Position numbers and translations under genes: made by a program. A stretch of 64,000 nucleotides of DNA from Nanobdellota archaeon (GTDB lineage Archaea; Nanobdellota; Nanobdellia; Pacearchaeales; GW2011-AR1), in the NCBI GenBank assembly GCA_038044745.1, contig JBBSZK010000008.1:7162-71161 (forward strand). The letters run 5' to 3'. The notes beneath the pieces were generated by a model. It saw nothing but the letters and a program-made list of their open reading frames with translations, was not told the origin of the DNA and did no database searches. Shown piece after piece: positions 17,328 through 24,875 of this stretch (position 1 is the first letter of the stretch; every line of letters begins with the position of its first letter).

Positions 17328-18887
17328 TCATTCATTCTGGGAAGAACGCGTAAGAGGGCCACTATTCCGTGTCAATTTTGTTTTTAGGTCGCTAACAATT
17401 AGCCAATCGCGCTCATCAAGCGCTCTCGTTGTAAATAAAACTCCCAAATATCCCACACAGAACAAAATCATGGCTCCGATCATCCCCATTAGAGTGGCAG
17501 AAAATTGTTGTGCTGAAAGATAAAGAATTCCAACAAGGAAAAGAGATGCAACGGTCATCCTCAAGGTGGCTTTTTGGAGCGGGTAAAATCCGTACTGTCG
17601 TCGTATCTGGAAAAACAATGCAGAATAAAAGCCTATCCAGCAAAGAGTCGTTGCAATAGAAACTCCAATCATCCCAAATCGTATAAGCAAGAGGTTAATC
17701 GCAAGGTTAAGTGCCGAAAAGATTCCAAAGTTATAGAGTATCATCTTAGTCTTCTTTTTGGCAGAGAGCAGCGCAGTGAAAGTATTGATAAAGCTGGAAA
17801 AGAGACCCCCCACCGCAAGGATACGAAGGGGTATTTGTGCCGCCACAAATTCTTGGCCGAAGAAAAGATTCAAAACCACACCAGGGAAAACAAATAGCGC
17901 AGCAAAAAGAGGGATATTAATCATATAAATCCACTTAGTAATCTGTTTGGTGATATTCCTAATAACGCTGCCATTCTTTCTCGAAAGTTCTTTAGATACA
18001 ATTGGCAAAAAGAGTTGGCTGAACAGATCGGGCGCCATAATAAAGAGCCCCGCCAAGGTGGCCGCTGCACTATAATATCCTACAACGGTTGCATCTGCAA
18101 AATAACCAAGCACGAGCGAGTCTATCCAATAAAACATGCTGAAGAGGAGACCTACAAAGATGAGGGGCCACGAATAAGAGAAAATGTCTCTTCTCAAACT
18201 CCCTTTCTCAGTAGCACTTAAAGAGTCTGCACTGTGAGATATGTCTCTCAAATTTTTTCGAGCAAAATATAACGCAACAAAAACAACAAGTACATATGAA
18301 ATGATATAGGAATACAAAAGAGAGTTTAGCCTTAAACCCATAAAAATAAGGGCGACAAGGAGCAAAAAACGAACCCCATTATGGAAAATGCCCACAATAA
18401 ACGAAGCAGTCTTTGCCTTTTCATATGATCTGAGGAGCGCAATCGCGAGGCTGCCCAACAATGATAGGGGCACGATTAAGCTGAAGGTCTTAAGATAAAT
18501 AGAAATCTCAACATTATGGAAAAAGTAACGCGAAATATAGTCTGCAGAAAAGAAGAGAACAAAACCCCCAAGGAGGCCACTTATTATCATAATCTTCACA
18601 CTGAAAATAACAAAATATTTTATTCGAGAGACATCTTTTTTCCCTAAGTAATACGATATGTACCTTACCAAGCCGTCAGAAAATCCGAGCGATGCGAACG
18701 CAATAAAAAATCCGGTTACGATAATTGCCAAAGAGAAATTTCCGTATACTTCTGCGCCAAAGTGTCGTGCAATCGTAATTTTATAGGCATAAGTAAAAAC
18801 CTTGGAGAGAAGTATACTAAAAAGTACAAAAATCGAAGTACGCACAAAGGTGTTGAGATATCTCCTTGTTTTTTCTTCAGAGGGCAT
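17328..18887 (-). CDS. Wzx-like oligo/polysaccharide flippase (MOP superfamily)
   Basis: 519 aa with about 14 TM helices. Typical polysaccharide-biosynthesis-protein topology, located in a glycan cluster. Confidence 0.65.
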   Translation of the reverse strand: MPSEEKTRRYLNTFVRTSIFVLFSILLSKVFTYAYKITIARHFGAEVYGNFSLAIIVTGFFIAFASLGFSDGLVRYISYYLGKKDVSRIKYFVIFSVKIMIISGLLGGFVLFFSADYISRYFFHNVEISIYLKTFSLIVPLSLLGSLAIALLRSYEKAKTASFIVGIFHNGVRFLLLVALIFMGLRLNSLLYSYIISYVLVVFVALYFARKNLRDISHSADSLSATEKGSLRRDIFSYSWPLIFVGLLFSMFYWIDSLVLGYFADATVVGYYSAAATLAGLFIMAPDLFSQLFLPIVSKELSRKNGSVIRNITKQITKWIYMINIPLFAALFVFPGVVLNLFFGQEFVAAQIPLRILAVGGLFSSFINTFTALLSAKKKTKMILYNFGIFSALNLAINLLLIRFGMIGVSIATTLCWIGFYSALFFQIRRQYGFYPLQKATLRMTVASLFLVGILYLSAQQFSATLMGMIGAMILFCVGYLGVLFTTRALDERDWLIVSDLKTKLTRNSGPLTRSSQNE

Positions 18888-18907
18888 ATTCTTGGATGGA
18901 ACAACAA

Positions 18908-18915
18908 TTTAAAAA
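18908..18915. promoter_or_regulatory. single shared TATA box (TTTAAAAA/TTTTTAAA) centred in the 49-bp divergent spacer
   Basis: 21 nt to GTG 18937 (+) and 20 nt to ATG 18887 (-). Confidence 0.6.
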
Positions 18916-18936
18916 TAATCCGCCCATCACCTGACT

Positions 18937-19662
18937 GTGACAAAAGACAGAGTGACGGGTCGAGATACAAGAATTCAGAGCGTCATAAACCTCTTTCCGA
19001 AGTCGTTCAGGTTACAATTAAATCCTCGTCGTCATGCGATAGAGACCTTCGTTAAGCAATCCGCCAAAAAAACCCCCTCTGGCGCAAGGGTTTTGGACGC
19101 AGGCGCAGGCCCCTGCCCCTATAAGCCGTTTTTCCGCCATTGCCGATATGAATCGACCGACTTTGTCGATCCAGACAAGATTCTTGATTTCACCTGTAGC
19201 CTCGATAATATTCCCAAGTCGACTGGCGCGTATGATGCAGTTCTATCAACAGAAGTGCTTGAACATGTCGAGTTTCCTCAAAAAGTCATGGACGAAATGT
19301 ATCGTATTTTGAAAAAAGGCGGAAAGCTCTATCTGACGACACCCCAAGGATGGATGATTCATCAAGCACCTTACAATTATTTTTATTTTACCAAATATGG
19401 CCTCGAAAGCATACTAAAGTCTGCAGGGTTCAAGAAGTATAAAATTTCACCCATGGGCGGATACTTCAAATTTCTCGCTGACGCATTGCGATTTAATAGC
19501 CTCGCAGAGCAATGGAAGCACATAAAACCGCTATACATTATTCTCGCAGCGATTGACCTAGTAATCTTCAAGATTTTATTTTCATTCATTCTTTTTCACC
19601 TCGACGCTATTGATCGCGCCAGAGTTTGGACAATGGGCTACACAGTCGAAGCAACAAAATAA
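18937..19662 (+). CDS. class I SAM-dependent methyltransferase
   Basis: VLDAGAGPCPY motif I and VLSTEVLEHV...LKKGGKLYLTTP. GTG start lies 21 nt from the shared TATA. Confidence 0.7.
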   Translation: MTKDRVTGRDTRIQSVINLFPKSFRLQLNPRRHAIETFVKQSAKKTPSGARVLDAGAGPCPYKPFFRHCRYESTDFVDPDKILDFTCSLDNIPKSTGAYDAVLSTEVLEHVEFPQKVMDEMYRILKKGGKLYLTTPQGWMIHQAPYNYFYFTKYGLESILKSAGFKKYKISPMGGYFKFLADALRFNSLAEQWKHIKPLYIILAAIDLVIFKILFSFILFHLDAIDRARVWTMGYTVEATK

Positions 19663-20622
19663 TTAGTCAGGAATATAGAAGATACCTTTTTTCACGTCAG
19701 AAAGATGGCTCATACAATAAACGAGGGAGGTGAAATAATAATATAACTTAAGTCGATTGCGCATGGAGGGCTTAATCAAATAGAGAGCGATTCTGAGAAA
19801 CGTGATTCCGAAAACGGCCCAAAGAAAGATGACCGCTTCTTTAGCATTCTTGTTGAAATTTTTATAATTGAGGTAGAAATGATGGGCTTGGTTCATATAA
19901 CTTATTCGCTTAGCCGGATATCTCTCAACGCTCGAAACGCGATGCACTAGTTTTGCAAGGGGAGTCAAGTAGAGGGAACCCGGGCTTAGAGAGTGTACGC
20001 GATACGTGAAATCGAAATCTTCTGCAAGGGAATAACGCCGCAATTTTTCATCAAATTTCATTTTAGAGAATAGTTCTCTTTTGAAAGTCATGTTGAATCC
20101 CGGTATCCATTGCGCAGCGATTATTGAATCAAGCTCCGATGGATAAACTGCCCCATACGCAGAAAGAACACGCGCGCTGTTTCGTGCATGATGCTCAATC
20201 AAAAATAGTCTACGTATCGCCCGTTCAAATCGTCCCTCGCACATCCCTGGCGCAAGGTAATACCCTCCGACGCCCAGAGCATTCGGATGCTCATTAAAGA
20301 CGCGAACAATCTCATCAAAGTAGCCTTTGTCAAGACTAACATCATCATCAATGAAGAGTATCAGCTTCGACGAACGCGAAGCGGCCTTAACCCCCCTATT
20401 TCGCGCGACCGTAAGCGCAGGAACATCAGATCGAACGTATGTTATGTTCTTTTTTCTTAGGGAACCGACTAACTTTTTAGTTAAATCATCGGTGCTTTGG
20501 TCAACAATAATAATTTCCCCTAACCTTGCAATATAGGGCTTTATCGACTCGAGTGTTACACGGAGATCTTCTGCGCGGTTGTACGTCGGAATAATAATAC
20601 AGATGTCCTTCACGCTATACAT
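19663..20622 (-). CDS. family 2 glycosyltransferase
   Basis: ICIIIPTYNRAEDL...IIVDQSTDD...FIDDD GT-A motifs, followed by C-terminal TM helices. Confidence 0.75.
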   Translation of the reverse strand: MYSVKDICIIIPTYNRAEDLRVTLESIKPYIARLGEIIIVDQSTDDLTKKLVGSLRKKNITYVRSDVPALTVARNRGVKAASRSSKLILFIDDDVSLDKGYFDEIVRVFNEHPNALGVGGYYLAPGMCEGRFERAIRRLFLIEHHARNSARVLSAYGAVYPSELDSIIAAQWIPGFNMTFKRELFSKMKFDEKLRRYSLAEDFDFTYRVHSLSPGSLYLTPLAKLVHRVSSVERYPAKRISYMNQAHHFYLNYKNFNKNAKEAVIFLWAVFGITFLRIALYLIKPSMRNRLKLYYYFTSLVYCMSHLSDVKKGIFYIPD

Positions 20623-20643
20623 AGTCTCTTCTCTTTTTTACTA

Positions 20644-20651
20644 TTAAAAAA
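20644..20651 (-). promoter_or_regulatory. TATA-like box (TTTTTTAA on minus), 21 nt before ATG 20622
   Basis: Read directly. Confidence 0.5.
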
Positions 20652-20668
20652 GGTTCGCTTTAGTAATC

Positions 20669-20676
20669 TTTTTAAA
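20669..20676 (+). promoter_or_regulatory. TATA box TTTTTAAA, 21 nt before ATG 20698
   Basis: Read directly. Confidence 0.55.
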
Positions 20677-20697
20677 CAACGACATTTGCAAAGTTCA

Positions 20698-21486
20698 ATG
20701 AGCCCAGAGTCAAAGAAGGTATGCATCTCTATTGCGGAAAGGCCGGGAACATTTGGCCAGCAGTTTCATAATCAGGGTTACGAGTTCTTGGGGTTAGATT
20801 ATGTGTATATTCCTCTAAAAGTAAACGCTTCAGAACTCGAATCGATGTTAAAAATTGTACGCGATAATTGTAAAGGCTGCAGCGTCTCAATGCCCCATAA
20901 AAAGAGAGTCTACGAGCTGGTTGATGAACGAGACGTCTCCGCAGAAAGAACCGGTGCAGTCAATACAATTTTAAATCAAGACGGGCGACTTATAGGATTC
21001 AACACAGATTATACGGGCGCAGGCAAGTTACTAAATGAGTCAGATGTGTTCGGAAAACGCGTAGTTCTCTTAGGCGCAGGAGGCGTTGCTCACGCACTTG
21101 GTGCTGCAGTGCTTGACAAGGGAGCAAATCTATACGTTATGAACAGAACAAGAGAACATGCAGAGTCCATGGTCCAAAGAATTGGCAATGGCTCTGTTAT
21201 AGATGAGAGCGAAATTTCCTCTATCAGAGCACACTGGTTAATTAATGCAACAAATCGCGGAATGGGTCCCGACGAAACCCCTCTCGCAAAAGAGTTTCTT
21301 ACCCCCTTTTTATATGTACTAGATGCAGTCGTTGGTGACACAACACTTATACGTGACGCTCGCGCGCTTGAGAAGATCGTTATTCCTGGAAGAATGCTCA
21401 CTGCGTATCAAGCCGCAGATCAATTTAAGATATATACAGGTCATAATCTCCCTCAAGAATTTATTAATCGATTCGCTAATTCTTAA
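20698..21486 (+). CDS. shikimate/quinate 5-dehydrogenase-like (AroE family)
   Basis: SVSMPHK, NTDYTG and LLGAGGVAHA motifs. Start ATG 20698 fits TATA 20669-20676. Confidence 0.7.
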   Translation: MSPESKKVCISIAERPGTFGQQFHNQGYEFLGLDYVYIPLKVNASELESMLKIVRDNCKGCSVSMPHKKRVYELVDERDVSAERTGAVNTILNQDGRLIGFNTDYTGAGKLLNESDVFGKRVVLLGAGGVAHALGAAVLDKGANLYVMNRTREHAESMVQRIGNGSVIDESEISSIRAHWLINATNRGMGPDETPLAKEFLTPFLYVLDAVVGDTTLIRDARALEKIVIPGRMLTAYQAADQFKIYTGHNLPQEFINRFANS

Positions 21487-22735
21487 AAAGCCCAATCGTT
21501 CGAGCACACCCAACCGCTTCGTTGATAAATGTGGCTATTTCATTTTTCCCATGAAGCGCAGAGAGCTGTACGCGTATCTCATCTTTCCCTTTGGGAACAA
21601 CAGGATAATTAATGGGAGTTACAAGAATCCCTTGTTCAAACAAGTTGCGAGCGAATTGTTTTGTCGTCTGGGTATCCCCCACCAAAAGCGGCTGAATAGG
21701 GTGATTAGATTCAGCAGCAAACGTAAAACCCGCGTTGCACATTTCAGATTTGAAAAATGCAATGTTCTCTCGTAACGTTTCTAAAAGCCGAACTCCCTCG
21801 GAGCTATCGACAAATCGAACTGACGCGAGCGCCGCACAGGCAGACGCGGGAGAAATAGGATTTGAATAAATATACGAAGCTGCAGATTCTCGCAAATAGT
21901 CAATAACAACCCTCCCTCCAACAACATAGCCTCCCTCAACACCAAACGCCTTGCCCAATGTGCCCACGAGAAGGTCGCTCTGCGAGCCCGAAACCTCTTC
22001 ACATCCTCTCCCTGTTGCACCAAAGCAACCAACACCATGCGAATCGTCAAGTACAAACGTAATTCCAAACTCAAACAAACCACTATGGTTATCGCAGATG
22101 TCGCGTATTTTCTTTACGTTTTGAGCTTCACCAAGCATACTAAATACACCATCACTAATAATCAAAACTCTCTTGAACTTTCCTGCATTTTCTTTCACAA
22201 GTCTCTCAAGGTCATGATAATCGTTATGGGTAAATACCAACCGTTGTTGCGAAGGTAGACCTGCTATACGAATGCCGTCTATAATGCTTCGATGATTTAG
22301 AGCATCTGAAATTATAAGCACGTCATCCGTCACGAGCGAGTCAGCACCTGGCCCCCGCACAAGCGCTTGAATGATAGAAACGTTCGTAGAAAAAGCAGAA
22401 GAAAAAATCATGGCCGATTCTCTTCCGTGAAAATGTGCAAGCGCCCGTTCAAGTTCCGTGTGAACCTCAAGAGTGCCCGAAATGAATCGTACGGCCCCCG
22501 CGCCGCTGCCATACGAATCAAGCCCTTCTTTCTCCGCAGCGTGGATAACCGAATTAAAACGTAAACCCAGATAGTCGTTAGAGTTAAACAAAAGAACGGG
22601 CTTGCCGTCAATGAGCGCACGAGGGCAGCGATCGGACGTAAATCCCTTTATTACACGCTCCGGTCGCTTTGACACTCCAATGTCATGCAATCGCACAAGT
22701 TCTCTTTCAAGAAGCTCCTCGAACTCTTTGCGCAT
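21476..22735 (-). CDS. PLP-dependent alpha-oxoamine synthase (Kbl/BioF/SPT family)
   Basis: SNDYLGL, DDSHGVG and the GTLGKAFG Schiff-base lysine motif. ATG 22735 lies 21 nt from TATA 22757-22764; the track start TTG 22747 is rejected. Confidence 0.8.
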   Translation of the reverse strand: MRKEFEELLERELVRLHDIGVSKRPERVIKGFTSDRCPRALIDGKPVLLFNSNDYLGLRFNSVIHAAEKEGLDSYGSGAGAVRFISGTLEVHTELERALAHFHGRESAMIFSSAFSTNVSIIQALVRGPGADSLVTDDVLIISDALNHRSIIDGIRIAGLPSQQRLVFTHNDYHDLERLVKENAGKFKRVLIISDGVFSMLGEAQNVKKIRDICDNHSGLFEFGITFVLDDSHGVGCFGATGRGCEEVSGSQSDLLVGTLGKAFGVEGGYVVGGRVVIDYLRESAASYIYSNPISPASACAALASVRFVDSSEGVRLLETLRENIAFFKSEMCNAGFTFAAESNHPIQPLLVGDTQTTKQFARNLFEQGILVTPINYPVVPKGKDEIRVQLSALHGKNEIATFINEAVGCARTIGLFKN

Positions 22736-22756
22736 GAATAGACTCAATACCGGTTA

Positions 22757-22764
22757 TATTTAAA
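22757..22764 (-). promoter_or_regulatory. TATA box (TTTAAATA on minus), 21 nt before ATG 22735
   Basis: Read directly. Confidence 0.6.
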
Positions 22765-22781
22765 ATACGCGCAAGTGGCGT

Positions 22782-23543
22782 TCAATAGTAAGGAGAAGAA
22801 TAGCCCTCAAGTCGGTATCCCATAACTCTTTCAAAATCGTTAGTATCCAAAACAAGGCCTGCTTGTACACGATTCTTGTCGAGATGAACTCGCATAGCAG
22901 GGACTTCAATCTGAGAGACCATACGTCGAGTAACTTCAGGGTTCCGCGAGACACCCGTACGTGCAGTTCGTTCTATCTTTCTTTGTATAACGGTCTCGGG
23001 AGCGGCATCAAGAAATAGAACCCTATCAAATTGCGGAAGTTGTCTCAAGTACATTCCCGCAATGAATGCAATTGTCCTCCTAGTGAGAGTATAGGTTTCA
23101 TCATGTTCGGTGCCTGCTTTTTTCTCTGATAAAACATTTCGCATGGTTAACGCAGTAACAAGATCGGAAGACTCATTAAACCTTCCAATAGGGTCAAGCA
23201 GTTCTGTCTGCATCTTTCCATAGTTCCAAACTCTCGAAGGAAAATCGTCTGGAACGCCCCGCCCATTTGCGACTCCCACAAGAACAGAGGCGTAGGCCTC
23301 CATCGATTCTTCACGGCTTTTCTGAAATAAATCTCCCTCAATGAACAACGTGCCAATCTCTCCCTCATTAAGGCAAAATTCAAGTCGTTTAGCCAAAGTC
23401 GACTTCCCCGTGTTAGATAAACCCTCAACAGCAACAGTCATCGCGCGGAGGGGGAAAAGAGCCCTTTTCTCAGAAACAACTCGTTCGGCGACTATTTGCA
23501 GACCCGCCTCATAGGGAAGAGGGCCAAAGAGTAATTCGTTCAT
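22782..23543 (-). CDS. P-loop kinase (uridine kinase/phosphoribulokinase-like)
   Basis: Walker A VEGLSNTGKSTLAKRL followed by IEGDLF, as in the PRK/Udk family. Substrate unknown. Confidence 0.45.
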   Translation of the reverse strand: MNELLFGPLPYEAGLQIVAERVVSEKRALFPLRAMTVAVEGLSNTGKSTLAKRLEFCLNEGEIGTLFIEGDLFQKSREESMEAYASVLVGVANGRGVPDDFPSRVWNYGKMQTELLDPIGRFNESSDLVTALTMRNVLSEKKAGTEHDETYTLTRRTIAFIAGMYLRQLPQFDRVLFLDAAPETVIQRKIERTARTGVSRNPEVTRRMVSQIEVPAMRVHLDKNRVQAGLVLDTNDFERVMGYRLEGYSSPYY

Positions 23544-23563
23544 AAAAAAACATCTAAACTGCC

Positions 23564-23571
23564 CTTTTAAA
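23564..23571 (-). promoter_or_regulatory. TATA box (TTTAAAAG on minus), 20 nt before ATG 23543
   Basis: Read directly. Confidence 0.55.
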
Positions 23572-23606
23572 CTTTGTTCGAAAATATCTCTACACTTTCA
23601 TAAACC

Positions 23607-23614
23607 TTATAAAC
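23607..23614 (+). promoter_or_regulatory. candidate TATA box TTATAAAC of the 23705-27884 operon; implies a 5' leader of about 70 nt
   Basis: It is the nearest TATA-like box. Nothing TATA-like lies 20-23 nt before ATG 23705. Confidence 0.4.
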
Positions 23615-23657
23615 CTCGTACTAATGAATAACCTATTGTGTAAGACGCCGATAAGGA

Positions 23658-23679
23658 CACCGGCATGATATATGCGGTG
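23658..23679 (+). promoter_or_regulatory. bulged inverted repeat / RNA hairpin CACCGGCAT-GATAT-ATGCGGTG in the operon leader
   Basis: 8 bp with one bulged G. Flanked by direct repeats GCCGATAAGGACAC (23647-23660) and GCCGATACGCAGACAC (23688-23703). Confidence 0.45.
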
Positions 23680-23704
23680 TTGAGATGGCCGATACGCAGA
23701 CACA

Positions 23705-24172
23705 ATGTCAAAGAAATATTTTATTTTAGATGTAGATGGAGTGATGACCACAGGTCAGTTTTTCTATTCACCTAAAGGCAAGGCGTTTAAGGTGTTTGGT
23801 CCGCACGACGCGGATGGCCTCAAGCTTATTAGAGATAAAGTCGAAATTCGTTTCATAACAAGCGACAAACGCGGATTTTCTATCTCAAAGAAGCGAATAG
23901 ATGACATGGGATACCCGATTGAACTTGTAACGGAAGGAGATAGGCACAAGTATATCAAGGAAAAGTTTGGATTTGAGAACACCATCTTCATGGGGGACGG
24001 TATCTTCGATGCCCCGGTTATTCGAGATTGTGCGTTCGGTATTGCTCCTGCAAACGCGCGCATAGAGGCCAAGCGCTGGGCAAAGTACGTAACTCCCTCA
24101 AAATCAGGGGAAGGGGCGGTGTGTGATGCCTGCATCGTCATTAACAAAAAATTGTTAGGGACAAAAAAATGA
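23705..24172 (+). CDS. HAD-IIIA sugar-phosphate phosphatase (KdsC family)
   Basis: FILDVDGVMTTG (DxDG), ITSD, MGDGIFD and GEGAV motifs are typical of KdsC-like phosphatases. Confidence 0.8.
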   Translation: MSKKYFILDVDGVMTTGQFFYSPKGKAFKVFGPHDADGLKLIRDKVEIRFITSDKRGFSISKKRIDDMGYPIELVTEGDRHKYIKEKFGFENTIFMGDGIFDAPVIRDCAFGIAPANARIEAKRWAKYVTPSKSGEGAVCDACIVINKKLLGTKK

Positions 24173-24873
24173 ACTACAAAGTAATTATTCTTGCAGGCGG
24201 AATCGGGAGCCGAATGGGTGAATTCTCAAAATATTACAACAAAGTGCTCATTCCCGTTCAAGGAAAACCGACTATCTGCCATATCATCGAAAAATTCCCC
24301 GAAGATGTCGAAATAATAATTTCACTCAATTACAAAAAAGAAGATCTCAAAACTTTCTTAACGTATGCCTATCCAACTAGAAAAATTACCTTCGTCGAAG
24401 ACAAACCCTCTCCCGAAGGATTCAAGGGCCCCGGTTATGGGATGTTGCAGTGCAAAGACCACCTCCAATGTCCCTTCGTCTTTCTCTCGGGAGACACGCT
24501 CGTTAAAGAGCCTATTCCCGAACCCAACGAAAACTGGTTCGGGCTGGCAGAAGTGCCCGATACAACGCGATTTTGTTCAGCGAAACTTGATGAACGTCTA
24601 AACATCGTGCGTATTGATGACAAGGTACGTGTAGAGGGCAACTTAGCATTCATCGGTCTTGCCGGAGTGCGTGACTACGAACACTTCTGGAACGCCCTCG
24701 AAAACAACAAAAACATTATCGCAGGCGAGATTCAAGTCTCAAACGGTTTCAAATCCCTTTTAGAAAAAAACATGGTGGCTAAAATATTCACATGGTTCGA
24801 CACGGGTGCGCCCATAGCATACAAACACGCCCTCGAAAACTATCCTGATGGAACGGGGTACAAAGGGGAATAA
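24169..24873 (+). CDS. sugar-phosphate nucleotidyltransferase
   Basis: N-terminal ILAGGIGSRMG signature of the NTP_transferase fold. 234 aa. Confidence 0.75.
   Translation: MNYKVIILAGGIGSRMGEFSKYYNKVLIPVQGKPTICHIIEKFPEDVEIIISLNYKKEDLKTFLTYAYPTRKITFVEDKPSPEGFKGPGYGMLQCKDHLQCPFVFLSGDTLVKEPIPEPNENWFGLAEVPDTTRFCSAKLDERLNIVRIDDKVRVEGNLAFIGLAGVRDYEHFWNALENNKNIIAGEIQVSNGFKSLLEKNMVAKIFTWFDTGAPIAYKHALENYPDGTGYKGE
24646..24711 (+). repeat. 66-nt tract 100% identical to 25350-25415 (copy 1)
   Basis: gcattcatcggtcttgccggagtgcgtgactacgaacacttctggaacgccctcgaaaacaacaaa occurs in both tandem nucleotidyltransferase paralogs. Confidence 0.9.
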
Positions 24874-24875
24874 CC

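Noticed and set aside
23624-23668. 14-codon mini-ORF (MNNLLCKTPIRTPA) in the operon leader as a real gene
   Set aside because: It is too short, and no conservation data are available. It is kept only as a note inside the leader finding.
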